From: an uncultured Ruminococcus sp.
GTDB taxonomy: Bacteria > Bacillota > Clostridia > CAKSNL01 > HGM11501
DNA length: 64,000 bases
Direction of reading: 5' to 3'
NCBI GenBank assembly: GCA_964466295.1
Contig: CAYXRC010000007.1
Span: forward strand, 26,786-90,785
The notes below the pieces were generated by a model. That model was not told the DNA's origin, ran no database searches, and was given only the letters and a program-made list of their open reading frames with translations. Below, piece by piece: positions 1 through 9,817 of the stretch (the first letter of the stretch is position 1; the number at the start of each line of letters is the position of its first letter). The translations under genes were made by a program, and so were the position numbers.

Positions 1-1
1 G

Positions 2-646
2 GAGGGAGATTCTGCAGGCGGCTCTGCCAAAAACGGCAGAGACAGCAAGTATCAGGCAATTTTACCTCTTTGGGGAAAGATGTTAAATGTTGAAAAGGCA
101 AGGGCTGATAAGGTTTACGGAAACGATAAGCTGACTCCGGTAATACAGGCTCTGGGTACCGGAATAGGCGAAGGCTTCAGCATGGAAAAATTAAGATACG
201 ACAAGATAATAATAATGGCCGATGCCGATGTTGACGGAGCGCATATTCAAACACTGCTTTTAACCTTTTTCTTCAGATTTATGAAGCCTTTAATAGAGGC
301 AGGACATATTTATCTTGCAAAGCCTCCTCTTTATAAGCTGTCGAGAGGGAAAAAATCACGTGTTGCATTCAGTGATGAGGAAAGAGATTTAATAAGTGAA
401 GAGCTTAAAGACAACGATACAAACGCCAAGGTTGACATAAGCAGATATAAGGGTCTTGGTGAGATGAATCCCGAAGAGCTTTGGGAAACTACTATGGATC
501 CGAAGAACAGAATACTTCTTAAGGTGACAATGGAGGATGCAGAACGTGCGAACGACGTTTTCAGCGTTCTTATGGGCGACGAAGTTGAGCCGAGAAGAAT
601 ATTCATAGAAGAAAACGCACAGTATGTTCAAAACCTTGATATATAA
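2..646 (+). CDS. gyrB: DNA gyrase subunit B, C-terminal part (5' end lies outside the window)
   Basis: The frame is open from nt 2. The translation [12 protein letters not shown]...[17 protein letters not shown]...[22 protein letters not shown]...[17 protein letters not shown] is the conserved GyrB TOPRIM/C-terminal region. gyrA follows immediately. Confidence 0.95.
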   Translation, partial: EGDSAGGSAKNGRDSKYQAILPLWGKMLNVEKARADKVYGNDKLTPVIQALGTGIGEGFSMEKLRYDKIIIMADADVDGAHIQTLLLTFFFRFMKPLIEAGHIYLAKPPLYKLSRGKKSRVAFSDEERDLISEELKDNDTNAKVDISRYKGLGEMNPEELWETTMDPKNRILLKVTMEDAERANDVFSVLMGDEVEPRRIFIEENAQYVQNLDI

Positions 647-674
647 CCGTCACATTTAATAACGGAGGCAAATT

Positions 675-3176
675 ATGGCTAAAAAAAATAAAAGGTATGA
701 AGAGTCTCATTTTGAGGAGCATCTTGAAAATCAGACTATCGTAAATATAGATATAGAAAAAAGAATGAAGGAAGCGTTCATTGATTATGCCATGAGCGTT
801 ATTATGAGCCGTGCCCTTCCGGATGTAAGGGACGGACTTAAGCCTGTCCACAGAAGAATTCTTTATTCCATGTATGAAGAAAATCTGACCTCGGACAAGC
901 CCTTTTACAAGTCTGCTACGACGGTAGGAAACGTTATAGGCAGGTATCATCCTCACGGCGATGCGTCGGTATACGACGCAATGGTGCGCATGGCGCAGGA
1001 TTTTTCCATGCGTTATCCCTTGATAGACGGTCACGGAAATTTCGGAAGCGTCGACGGAGATCCTCCGGCGGCTTACCGTTATACCGAGGCAAGAATGAGC
1101 AAGATCTCAAATGTTCTTTTAGAGAATATTGAAAAGGATACTGTTGATTTTGTTCCGAATTTCGATGAAAAAAGAAGAGAGCCGGTAGTTCTTCCCACAA
1201 GGATTCCCACCCTTTTGGTTAACGGCTCCTCCGGTATAGCCGTAGGTATGGCGACCGAAATTCCTCCTCATAATTTAAGAGAGGTTTTAGACGGAGTTAT
1301 TGCACAGATTGACGACCCTGAAATTACCGTTGAAGAGCTTATGGATTATATAAAGGGTCCCGATTTTCCCACAAAAGCTACGATTATGGGGAGAAGCGGA
1401 ATAAGAAGCGCTTATGCAACAGGTAAGGGAAAAATAATCATAAGGGCAAAGGCAAATATTGAAGAGCACAAGGACGGAAAAGCGTCTATCATAGTTACCG
1501 AGCTTCCCTATAAGGTAAATAAAAAGGATTTGGTAGAGTCAATCGCAGCCCTTGTAAAGGATAAAAAAATAGACGGGCTTGACGATATAGACGACCACTC
1601 CTCGGACAGAGTGGGAATAAGACTTGAAATATTCCTTAAAAAGGACGCAAATCCGCAGGTAGTATTAAATCAGCTTTATAAATATTCACGCCTTCAGGAC
1701 AGCTTCTCCATAAATATGATTGCGATCGACAACGGCAGACCGCGTACGATGAATCTTAAGGAAATTTTAGACAGATTTATAAAATTCCAGGAGGAAATCG
1801 TTACCCGGAGAACGAAGTTTGACCTTGAAAAGGCAGAAGCGAGAATGCATATTTTAGAGGGCTTAAAAATAGCTCTTGCCAATATCGAAGAAATAATTAA
1901 TACCATAAGAAATTCTTACGATAATGCAAAGGCAAATCTTATTGAAAGATTCGGATTCTCGGACATTCAGGCACAAAGCGTTTTGGATATGCGCCTTATT
2001 CAGCTTCAAAAGTTAAACGGAGAAAAAATCGACGAGGAATATAAAGAGCTTACCCAAAAGGCCGACGAATATAAGCTTTTGCTTTCGGACAAAAAGCTTC
2101 TTTTGGAGCAGATTAAAAAGGAGCTTACCGAAATTAAAGAAAAATACGGTGATGACAGAGAAACAGAAATAGAAAACGTCGTAGAAGAAATCGAGGACGA
2201 GGATCTTATCGAGAAAGAAGACTGCGTTATTACCCTTACCCATTACGGTTATTTAAAAAGAACGGTAAGCTCTGTGTATAAAAGCCAGCACAGAGGAGGG
2301 CGTGGAGTATCCGGCCTTCAGACCCGCGAAGAGGATTTTGTAAAATATATATTTACCGCTTCAACCCACGACTATATTATGTTCTTCACAAATAAGGGAA
2401 GGGTATACAGAATGAAGGGGTATCAGATCCCAGAGTCCGGCAGACAGGCAAAGGGCTCGGCAATTGTAAATTTACTGCCTGTTGAAAAGGACGAAAAGGT
2501 AACGGCAATGATTCCGGTTAAGGAATTTTCAGAGGATAAGTACCTTACAATGCTGACAAAGAAGGGAATTATAAAGAAAACCTCCTTAGACTGTTATGAT
2601 ACTTCAAGAAAAGGCGGTCTTATAGCTATTGTCATAGACGAGGATGACGAGCTTATCAGCGTAAGCATGACCGACGGAGAAAACGATATAATGGTAGGAA
2701 CGAATAAGGGTATGGCGATAAGATTTAACGAAAAGGACGTAAGACCCATGGGAAGAGTCACAAGGGGAGTTAAAGCCATAACCTTAAGAGACGGCGATTA
2801 TGTTGTGGGAATGGCAAATGTTGATGAAAATTCCGAGCTTATGATTGTTACCGAAAAGGGATTCGGTAAAAAGACGGAATTTAGTCTCTTTAAAACCCAA
2901 AAAAGAAGCGGTATGGGACTTATCGGATATAAGGTTTCCGAAAAAACGGGAAAAGTTATCGGTGTAACGGCAGTAACAGAGGATGACGACATTATGCTTA
3001 TAGCTTCGGACGGCGTTATTATAAGAATGAATTCGGAAGAGATAAATTCCATAGGCAGAGCGACAGCCGGAGTAAGACTTATGAGACCGGCTGAAGGCGT
3101 AAAGGTAATAGGCATGGCAAAGACAGCTCATGAGGAGGAAGAAGCTTTAGAAGAGGAAGAAAAGGCAGAAGAATAA
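675..3176 (+). CDS. gyrA: DNA gyrase subunit A
   Basis: The 833-aa product carries the GyrA N-terminal motifs ([22 protein letters not shown]; YHPHGD; active-site Tyr in AAYRYTEAR). The C-terminal beta-pinwheel repeats and an acidic tail are present. An RBS, GGAGG, sits upstream. Confidence 0.97.
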   Translation: MAKKNKRYEESHFEEHLENQTIVNIDIEKRMKEAFIDYAMSVIMSRALPDVRDGLKPVHRRILYSMYEENLTSDKPFYKSATTVGNVIGRYHPHGDASVYDAMVRMAQDFSMRYPLIDGHGNFGSVDGDPPAAYRYTEARMSKISNVLLENIEKDTVDFVPNFDEKRREPVVLPTRIPTLLVNGSSGIAVGMATEIPPHNLREVLDGVIAQIDDPEITVEELMDYIKGPDFPTKATIMGRSGIRSAYATGKGKIIIRAKANIEEHKDGKASIIVTELPYKVNKKDLVESIAALVKDKKIDGLDDIDDHSSDRVGIRLEIFLKKDANPQVVLNQLYKYSRLQDSFSINMIAIDNGRPRTMNLKEILDRFIKFQEEIVTRRTKFDLEKAEARMHILEGLKIALANIEEIINTIRNSYDNAKANLIERFGFSDIQAQSVLDMRLIQLQKLNGEKIDEEYKELTQKADEYKLLLSDKKLLLEQIKKELTEIKEKYGDDRETEIENVVEEIEDEDLIEKEDCVITLTHYGYLKRTVSSVYKSQHRGGRGVSGLQTREEDFVKYIFTASTHDYIMFFTNKGRVYRMKGYQIPESGRQAKGSAIVNLLPVEKDEKVTAMIPVKEFSEDKYLTMLTKKGIIKKTSLDCYDTSRKGGLIAIVIDEDDELISVSMTDGENDIMVGTNKGMAIRFNEKDVRPMGRVTRGVKAITLRDGDYVVGMANVDENSELMIVTEKGFGKKTEFSLFKTQKRSGMGLIGYKVSEKTGKVIGVTAVTEDDDIMLIASDGVIIRMNSEEINSIGRATAGVRLMRPAEGVKVIGMAKTAHEEEEALEEEEKAEE

Positions 3177-3228
3177 GAGAATAAGAGCAAAAGAAGCAAA
3201 TTGCTTCTTTTGCTCTTAAAAAAACAAC

Positions 3229-3504
3229 ATGAAAAGAAAAATATTATATTTATCAGCGGCGGTTTTTTGGATAGCAGTATTTTCATTTTTATATATAAAA
3301 ACCGAAAAAAGGGACAAAATAGAGTATACAGAGGGCAAGCCTTTGGTTTTTGACAGCACGGAAATGGTATTTATAAGCGACAACAGCGAGATATATCATA
3401 AAGAAGACTGTTTTTATGTAAATGAAAATTATTATGAAACAGAAAAAGAAAGAGCGGAATATATAGGAAAAAGAGCTTGTAAAAAATGCTTTAAGGAAAA
3501 ATAA
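3229..3504 (+). CDS. small membrane-anchored protein with a C-terminal Cys-rich YH-x3-C...C-x2-C module
   Basis: The 91-aa ORF has an N-terminal hydrophobic helix (ILYLSAAVFWIAVFSFLYI). Its C-terminus reads EIYHKEDCFYVNENYYETEKERAEYIGKRACKKCF. The same module ends the secreted nuclease at 20154..21431. Confidence 0.5.
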   Translation: MKRKILYLSAAVFWIAVFSFLYIKTEKRDKIEYTEGKPLVFDSTEMVFISDNSEIYHKEDCFYVNENYYETEKERAEYIGKRACKKCFKEK

Positions 3505-3572
3505 AAAAAAGACTTGACAAAAAGGAATATTTATGGTATCCTAATATAGCTGTCACATAAAAGCAGCTATTC

Positions 3573-3649
3573 GGCGGCATAGCTCAGCTGGCTAGAGCAA
3601 ACGGTTCATACCCGTTAGGTCGGCGGTTCAAGTCCACCTGCCGCTACCA
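3573..3649 (+). tRNA. tRNA-Met (anticodon CAT), elongator type
   Basis: The cloverleaf was read directly: acceptor GGCGGCA/TGCCGCT, D-arm GCTC-AGCTGGCTA-GAGC, anticodon loop TTCATAC, T-loop TTCAAGT, and an encoded CCA. The anticodon stem lacks the GGG/CCC pairs of an initiator. The sequence closely resembles Bacillus elongator tRNA-Met. Confidence 0.85.
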
Positions 3650-3654
3650 TATAA

Positions 3655-3729
3655 GGCTCGTTGGTCAAGCGGTTAAGACACCGCCCTTTCACGGCGGTAA
3701 CACCAGTTCAAATCTGGTACGAGTCACCA
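3655..3729 (+). tRNA. tRNA-Glu (anticodon TTC)
   Basis: Acceptor GGCTCGT/ACGAGTC, anticodon stem CCGCC/GGCGG with loop CTTTCAC, T-loop TTCAAAT, and an encoded CCA. Confidence 0.85.
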
Positions 3730-3732
3730 AAA

Positions 3733-3768
3733 CAAAAATCCTATCGCAAGATAGGATTTTTTGTTTTG
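3733..3768 (+). terminator. rho-independent terminator after the tRNA-Met/tRNA-Glu pair
   Basis: AAAATCCTATC-GCAA-GATAGGATTTT is followed by TTGTTTTG. Confidence 0.8.
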
Positions 3769-3851
3769 TATTATCCATTATTAATTATTCATAATTCATT
3801 ATTCATTAATTGCGACAGGATTTTTGTAATGAATAATGAATAATAGAAGTG

Positions 3852-5144
3852 TTATTTTTCAAGACGGAAGGCGTCGATTATTCTGTCAATTTCAGAATCG
3901 TCAATCTTAACCATATTTCCTAACGACTGGGCGTTTATAATTGCCTTGGCGCTGTATTCGGCAACCTCAAGACGGTCAAAGGCATTAAGTAAAGAGGTAC
4001 CCATAACAATACAGCATTCGTTGTCAACCAAGGTAACGGGTTTTTTAAGTCCCAGTTTTTTTGCGGTAGCTTCAGGCTCTAAATAGGTCGAGCCGAAGGG
4101 AAGCTTATCAACGTCACGAAGCATAATGTAGCTTTCCGGAATGATTCTCGAGTCAAGCTCTGCGTCTGATACGGCAAAGGCCATCAGATTCGGCGGATGG
4201 GCAAGAATTACGGAATTTATCTCGGGATGCATATCGTATACATGTTTATGGAAAAGCACGCTTCTGCTCGGATTTTTTCCAAGCTCCTTCATGTCTCCCT
4301 TGACCTTAACAAGATCCTCCGGTTCAAGATACTTTCTGTCCTTGCCGTAAGGAGTTATAATAAATCCGCCGTCAGGCATTCTTTCCGAGAAGGTTCCCTG
4401 TGCGCTGGTGAAAAGCCTCTGATGATATGCCCTTGATATTAAAGAGCACATGGAGGCACGAGCCTCTTTTTCTACGCTTGAATAGCTGTCGGGGACAAAC
4501 TCACTTAAGGATACGCTGTTTTTTGCCTCGGCAACTGCTATGGCACGGTCGCTTAAGGTGTGAAGCGTTCCTATTTTTAACGCTTGGAGCTGAATCCTTG
4601 CACAGTAATCCAAGGTTTCAAAGGCCTTAAACGCTTCAAACAAATCGCTTTTTCCCAGAACAACACCATGGTTTTCAAGCATTACCGTAGAAATGCCGGA
4701 CTGGAACACCTTGGCAATATTTTCGGAAAGCTCACGGCTTCCGGGAAGCTCGTAGGCGGCGTATTTTACCTCACCGCAGACGGTGTCAATATTTGGAATA
4801 ATGTTGGTTTCCGGAATCTGTCTGGCGATTGAAAAGCCCAAAAGAGCCGGAGGATGAGCGTGAAGCACCGCTTTTATATCCGGTCTGCTTTTGTAAATGA
4901 TGCTGTGAAACGGGAACTCCGAGGAGGGCTTGTGCCGTCCTATTACTTCGCCTTCAGGGGTAACCCTTACCATATCGTCCCTGGTAAGAGAGCCCTTGTC
5001 TATTCCTGCCGGAGTAATCCAGATATCTCCGTTATCGTCCAAAATAGACAGATTTCCGCCGGAGGTAGTTGTCATTCCGTAAGAATAAATGCGCTCCATA
5101 ATCATTACAAGCTGGTCGGCCGGATGCATAAGCTTAAAATTCAT
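3852..5144 (-). CDS. tandem (duplicated) class II aldolase/adducin-domain protein
   Basis: The 430-aa product has two aldolase_II-like halves. The N-half carries TSGGNLS and the HAHPP metal-binding HxH motif. The C-half carries ...ILAHPPNLMAF, in which the first His of HxH is lost. Confidence 0.75.
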   Translation of the reverse strand: MNFKLMHPADQLVMIMERIYSYGMTTTSGGNLSILDDNGDIWITPAGIDKGSLTRDDMVRVTPEGEVIGRHKPSSEFPFHSIIYKSRPDIKAVLHAHPPALLGFSIARQIPETNIIPNIDTVCGEVKYAAYELPGSRELSENIAKVFQSGISTVMLENHGVVLGKSDLFEAFKAFETLDYCARIQLQALKIGTLHTLSDRAIAVAEAKNSVSLSEFVPDSYSSVEKEARASMCSLISRAYHQRLFTSAQGTFSERMPDGGFIITPYGKDRKYLEPEDLVKVKGDMKELGKNPSRSVLFHKHVYDMHPEINSVILAHPPNLMAFAVSDAELDSRIIPESYIMLRDVDKLPFGSTYLEPEATAKKLGLKKPVTLVDNECCIVMGTSLLNAFDRLEVAEYSAKAIINAQSLGNMVKIDDSEIDRIIDAFRLEK

Positions 5145-5397
5145 GGCAAAAATCCTTTCATAAATTTTACGGCAAAATTACTTTTACCGATTATATATTT
5201 ATTATACTATTTTGATTATTCACTGTAAAGAAAAATTTTTTACAAGAATGATATATTTATTTTGGATGTTTTAAATAAATTATTCACGGGATTTCATATA
5301 AAGTCAATAAATTTTTAAAAAATTTAAAAAAAGTCTTGCAAATTCATATGAAATCTGTTATTATAATATTTATCGTGACGAAATGGAGGTGTTTTAA

Positions 5398-5586
5398 ATG
5401 GCAAAATGTGATGTTTGCGGAAAGGGCGTAACATTCGGAATCAGAGTCAGCCATTCTCACAGAAGAAGTAACAGAACGTGGAAAGCTAACGTAAAAAAGG
5501 TAAGAGCGCTCGTTAACGGCACTCCCAAGACAATTTCGGTTTGCTCTCGCTGTCTTCGTTCGGGCAAGATAGTGCGCGCTATCTGA
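5398..5586 (+). CDS. rpmB: 50S ribosomal protein L28
   Basis: The 62-aa product MAKCDVCGKGVTFGIRVSHSHRRSNRTWKANVKKV...CSRCLRSGK matches the L28 signature. The RBS is GGAGG. Confidence 0.95.
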   Translation: MAKCDVCGKGVTFGIRVSHSHRRSNRTWKANVKKVRALVNGTPKTISVCSRCLRSGKIVRAI

Positions 5587-5656
5587 TGAATCTGAATATA
5601 AAAGCTTAAAATTAAAAAGGACGGGATTTTTATGCCCGTTTCTTAAATGACAGTAA

Positions 5657-5689
5657 AACGGAGATGTGAATATCACATCTCCGTTTTTG
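5657..5689 (+). terminator. strong rho-independent terminator downstream of rpmB
   Basis: A perfect 13-bp stem, AAACGGAGATGTGA-ATA-TCACATCTCCGTTT, is followed by TTTTG. A weaker hairpin, ACGGGATTTTTATGCCCGT, lies at ~5615-5640. Confidence 0.8.
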
Positions 5690-5739
5690 CATGCTGTTTA
5701 AAGATAAAAAATCTGCTGCCGTAAGAAGAAATTTAATTT

Positions 5740-6018
5740 TCAGCGGCTGAAAAATCTTTTTATATAAATTTCTAAAAAAAGAGAGACAATTGCGGTAATA
5801 TATAATATATCAGAGGAAGCGAAAACAACTTCAACGGAGCCTCGTTGGTGAAGAGGATTATCGGAAAAGGATAAAAAGAGTGCGAAAAGTGTCAAAATAA
5901 AGGAGAATATGAGACCTGTGAAAAAGACCGTTTTGGTTATTTTATGAAGTTTTCTCCATGAAAAAAGCAAATTTTTCATTGAAATCATCCTTATATAAAC
6001 TAAAATTGTAAAATGCAT
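5740..6018 (-). CDS. hypothetical small membrane protein
   Basis: The 92-aa ORF has two hydrophobic helices and sits in an AT-rich context. The call is based on the ORF only. Confidence 0.3.
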   Translation of the reverse strand: MHFTILVYIRMISMKNLLFSWRKLHKITKTVFFTGLIFSFILTLFALFLSFSDNPLHQRGSVEVVFASSDILYITAIVSLFLEIYIKRFFSR

Positions 6019-6282
6019 TATATATTTATAAGTTTATCATAAATAAAACGAATAAATCAAGAAGAATATTATGGTAAATATACAAATAATGTTAAGAAAA
6101 CATTAAGACATTATATGTAGAAAGAGATTGTGAAACGTCAACTGTGCCTAAAATATATCGAACCTTAAAAAATTTTTTCCTTTAAAAAGCCCGCAAACAT
6201 ATGAAATAACCGAAAAAATTACTGGACAAACAGCCGGTAATAAATTAAAATCTAATAGAAATAGGGGAAAGGAATGGTAAAA

Positions 6283-6510
6283 ATGAAGGGCATAATAAAA
6301 AATGATTCCGCATATTCAGTGGACCAAAAAGAAGGCGGATTTGTTTTTAGAATTAAAGTAGGAGAATATGAAAAAGGGGTTTTGGTTAAAAACATTACTG
6401 ACGATGCGGCAGGCAAGTTTTTATCGGTGCTGGCGGATAACGGTGTTGAGCCCGGACATCTTTTTGACGTTGCACAGGACTATGATTTTGCCGAAATATC
6501 CGCCGTTTAA
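6283..6510 (+). CDS. hypothetical small cytoplasmic protein
   Basis: A 75-aa ORF. The start is chosen at the second ATG, 9 nt after GGAAAGGA. Confidence 0.45.
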   Translation: MKGIIKNDSAYSVDQKEGGFVFRIKVGEYEKGVLVKNITDDAAGKFLSVLADNGVEPGHLFDVAQDYDFAEISAV

Positions 6511-6679
6511 TTGATAAAGATTAGGCAAAGAAAGTAGCGTCAGGCTAATGTAAAAGTTGACATAACAAATAAGGTTGTGCTATAATACAATAAAAATGCT
6601 TTGTTGCATTTTTATTGTATTTAAGTTCACACATATACGGTATTCTGATTCATACCGCACTAAAAACGGAGTGATGAAT

Positions 6680-7168
6680 ATGTCAACTAACAACATGGAG
6701 GCCGGAAAAAGCTTTTTTACCGAACGGCTCGTAAGAAAAGAATCGGATAAAAAAGAGCTTTTGCTTTCGCTTTTGACAGCAGTCTTAGCCGCTTTATTAT
6801 GCGCTCTGGCATTTTTATTTTTTAAAACGGCGGCGATAATTATATGGGCGGCAGTAATATACGGAGCTTATTATCTTATAAGTGCACTCCTTTTTAAGGA
6901 GTATGAATATATTTTGACCGAAAGTACCCTTGATATTGATTTGATTACCGCAAAACGCTCAAGAAAAAGATTAAAAAGCATAAATGTAAAGGAGCTTAGC
7001 GGAGGAGGAAAATTTGACGGGAAAAAAAACGGTGAATTTCTTTGCCCTTCTGTCAAATCGGAAAATCTCTATTATCTTGAGGGGAAGAATGAAACGCTTA
7101 TCATAGACCCTAACGACATGATGCTAAGAGCGTTTGAATATTATATGGGAACAAGGTTTAAAAGATGA
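6680..7168 (+). CDS. hypothetical membrane protein (two TM helices plus a C-terminal soluble domain)
   Basis: The ATG at 6680 lies 8 nt after GGAG. Its TGA overlaps the acpS start in an ATGA arrangement, which suggests co-transcription with acpS. Confidence 0.55.
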   Translation: MSTNNMEAGKSFFTERLVRKESDKKELLLSLLTAVLAALLCALAFLFFKTAAIIIWAAVIYGAYYLISALLFKEYEYILTESTLDIDLITAKRSRKRLKSINVKELSGGGKFDGKKNGEFLCPSVKSENLYYLEGKNETLIIDPNDMMLRAFEYYMGTRFKR

Positions 7169-7518
7169 TATACGGGGTCGGTACGGATATTGTCAGGATT
7201 GAGAGAATGAAAAGCTTCTGCGAATCAGGCGGTCTTGACCGCTGTTTCACGGAGGGAGAAAAAGAACACTGCACAAAAAGCCGCAGTCTTTATGAAACTG
7301 CGGCCGGTATTTTTGCGGCAAAGGAAGCTCTTTCCAAAGCCGTCGGAGGCACGCTTTTTTATGTTTTAAAAAACTCTGAGGTATGCTGGGACGACGGCAA
7401 ACCGTTTTTCAAAGTGAAAAATGGTTTGGGGAAAGGGCTTTCTTTGCATCTTTCCGTTTCCCACGACGGAGAATACGCAGTAGCCTTTGTTGTAGCTGAG
7501 GAGGGGAAAAATGTATAA
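7165..7518 (+). CDS. acpS: holo-[acyl-carrier-protein] synthase
   Basis: The product begins MIYGVGTDIVRIERM... and has the 4'-phosphopantetheinyl transferase fold (117 aa). Confidence 0.9.
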   Translation: MIYGVGTDIVRIERMKSFCESGGLDRCFTEGEKEHCTKSRSLYETAAGIFAAKEALSKAVGGTLFYVLKNSEVCWDDGKPFFKVKNGLGKGLSLHLSVSHDGEYAVAFVVAEEGKNV

Positions 7519-8968
7519 AAAAGCGGTATCTTCAGACCAAATGCGCCGTGCCGATAAGAATGCGTCTGAAATGTTCGGAATAAGCGAGGAGATTTTAATA
7601 GAAAATGCGGCTCAGGCGTTGCTTGAGGAGTGTCCTTCGGTGAAAAGCGCCGTAATACTGTGCGGTACGGGAAATAACGGGGCGGACGGGTACGCCCTCG
7701 CAAGAAAGCTTTTCCTTAAAGGGACGGACGTAAGGATATTAACCCTTGACAAAGCCGAGCATAAAAACGCCCGGATTGATGAAAAATTGGGTATAAAAAT
7801 AACGGATTTTTATGAAAAAGATGACTTTGAAGCCGAGCTTTACGTTGACGCACTGTTCGGCACGGGGCTTTCACGCCCGGTCGGCGGCAAAGCGGCAAAG
7901 ATGATAGAATATTTTAATTCGGCTCGAGGCTTTAAGCTTTCGGTGGATATTCCAAGCGGAGTAGACTCGGATACAGGAAGGATAATGTCGTGCGCCGTTA
8001 AAGCGGATAAAACCGTTACCTTTGCTTTTGCGAAAATGGGACTTTATCAGTATCCGGGGAAAGCCATGGCAGGAGAAACCGTTATAAAGGATATTTCACT
8101 TCCGGACACCTTGGGCGATACAAAAAAATATATCGTCCTTGGAGCAAAAGAGGAAAAAAGGCTAAGGGATTCAAATAAAGGTGATTACGGACATGTTTTC
8201 ACCCTCTGCGGCTCTGAAGCCATGACCGGAGCGGCATATATGTCTGCGGCGGCCGCAGTTAAAAGCGGCTGCGGACTTGTCACTGTAGGAGTGCCTGACA
8301 TAATTAAAAATACGGTGGCGTCAATGCTTCCGGAGGCTATGACCGCCCCTCTTTTGTCGGAGGACGGAGCCTTTTCTGCGAAGGCTTTGGACGGAGCAGA
8401 AAAATATTTTGACAGAGCAAACACACTTTTAATCGGCTGCGGTATTCGCAATACCGAAAAAACAGCATATCTTGTAAGAGAGGCTGTAAAACGTTTTGCC
8501 GGTAAAAATATTGTTATTGACGCTGACGGGTTGAACGCTCTTAAAGACGAACCGGCGTATTTTGAAGACACCATAATAACGCCGCACCCGGGAGAAATGG
8601 CAAGGCTTATGAAAACGGATACGGCCTCGGTTCAGAAGGACAGGGCAAAATGCGCATTATCGTTTTCCGAAAGGTACGGCTGCGTTGTGGTATTAAAAGG
8701 AGCGGCTACCGTCACGGCATATCCGGACGGTCGCATATATATTAATACAACGGGAAATCCGGGCATGGCAAACGGCGGAAGCGGAGACGTTTTAGCCGGA
8801 CTTACTGCGTCTTTTGCGGCACAGGGTATAAAGGAGGCTCCGGTAAAGGCGGCGTTTGTCCACGGTCTTGCCGGAGATTTTGCCGCACAAAAATACTCGG
8901 AAGGCTCCTTCAGCGCAACCGATACTTTAAAAATGATACCTCGTGCAATAAAATCCATGTATGATTAA
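7511..8968 (+). CDS. nnr: bifunctional NAD(P)H-hydrate epimerase / ADP-dependent dehydratase (YjeF N+C)
   Basis: The 485-aa product has an N-terminal YjeF_N domain (ILCGTGNNGADG) and a C-terminal carbohydrate-kinase-like dehydratase domain (GNPGMANGGSGDVLAG). Confidence 0.9.
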   Translation: MYKKAVSSDQMRRADKNASEMFGISEEILIENAAQALLEECPSVKSAVILCGTGNNGADGYALARKLFLKGTDVRILTLDKAEHKNARIDEKLGIKITDFYEKDDFEAELYVDALFGTGLSRPVGGKAAKMIEYFNSARGFKLSVDIPSGVDSDTGRIMSCAVKADKTVTFAFAKMGLYQYPGKAMAGETVIKDISLPDTLGDTKKYIVLGAKEEKRLRDSNKGDYGHVFTLCGSEAMTGAAYMSAAAAVKSGCGLVTVGVPDIIKNTVASMLPEAMTAPLLSEDGAFSAKALDGAEKYFDRANTLLIGCGIRNTEKTAYLVREAVKRFAGKNIVIDADGLNALKDEPAYFEDTIITPHPGEMARLMKTDTASVQKDRAKCALSFSERYGCVVVLKGAATVTAYPDGRIYINTTGNPGMANGGSGDVLAGLTASFAAQGIKEAPVKAAFVHGLAGDFAAQKYSEGSFSATDTLKMIPRAIKSMYD

Positions 8969-9142
8969 AGGAAATTGTGAGCAGAATAGGAAGGGGTCGG
9001 AAAAACTGCTCATTGATTTTGCTTCGGATCATACATAAATGGAAGCAGACGGGCGTTTATCCATAAACTGTAATTGACGTACCGGTAAAAAAGATGTATA
9101 ATTACTATATACTGATTATATATCTTAACGGGGGTTCGGTTT

Positions 9143-9415
9143 ATGGGTAACAAAAAAATATTAATTTCCATGCCGGAATCTCTGCTTTGTGAAATAGACA
9201 GATTGTCTTCATCGGAAAATATGAGCCGCAGCAAATGGATTAGACAGACCGTGCAGAGCCATATTTTAAAAAAGCGCCGGGAAAAAAACGAGGAGGCGCT
9301 TAAGCAGGGTTATAGGGCCATGGGAGAAATTAATTTAAGTCTGGCCGAGGAAAGCGTTATTGCCGATAACGAGCAGCTTCTGACCTACGAGCTAAAGTTA
9401 TCGGAGAGTGAATGA
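9143..9415 (+). CDS. ndoAI: antitoxin EndoAI (MazE-family antitoxin)
   Basis: The 90-aa ORF sits immediately upstream of an EndoA/MazF homolog and overlaps it. This is the same acpS-proximal context as the B. subtilis ydcD-ydcE (ndoAI-ndoA) pair. Confidence 0.8.
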   Translation: MGNKKILISMPESLLCEIDRLSSSENMSRSKWIRQTVQSHILKKRREKNEEALKQGYRAMGEINLSLAEESVIADNEQLLTYELKLSESE

Positions 9416-9773
9416 TTTGATTATTAAAAGAGGAGACATTTTCTATGCGGATTTAAGCCCCGTAATCGGGTCGGAGCAGGGCGGAGTCAGGCCTATTTTG
9501 ATTGTGCAGAACGACGTGGGAAATAAATACAGTCCGACGGTTATCGCGGCGGCGATAACATCGCAGATTAATAAAGCCAAGCTCCCCACTCACATAGAAA
9601 TAGATTCCAAGGAATACGGACTTACAAAGGATTCCGTTATTTTACTCGAGCAGATAAGAACAATTGACAAAAGAAGACTGAGGGAAAAAATCGGTCATCT
9701 GGATGATGAACGCATGAAAAGCGTCAATTATGCGCTTAATGTAAGCTTCGGATTGCCGAGCGAGGATATTTAA
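9408..9773 (+). CDS. ndoA: mRNA interferase EndoA (MazF/PemK-family endoribonuclease toxin)
   Basis: [61 protein letters not shown]...[14 protein letters not shown] is near-identical in pattern to B. subtilis EndoA. A GTG start overlaps the antitoxin stop. Confidence 0.9.
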   Translation: MNDLIIKRGDIFYADLSPVIGSEQGGVRPILIVQNDVGNKYSPTVIAAAITSQINKAKLPTHIEIDSKEYGLTKDSVILLEQIRTIDKRRLREKIGHLDDERMKSVNYALNVSFGLPSEDI

Positions 9774-9817
9774 AGCTTAAATATCTAAAAACCTCAAAAA
9801 GGAAGGGAACGGTACTT

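Noticed and set aside
603-1034. 143-aa antisense ORF overlapping the gyrB/gyrA junction
   Set aside because: It opposes two highly conserved genes and has no start context.
3176-3228. Hairpin after gyrA (GAGCAAAAGAAGCA-AT-TGCTTCTTTTGCTC) as a terminator
   Set aside because: It is followed by TTAAAAAAA rather than a U-tract on the + strand, and a T-run only precedes it on the minus strand. It may still pause transcription, but it was not called as a canonical terminator.
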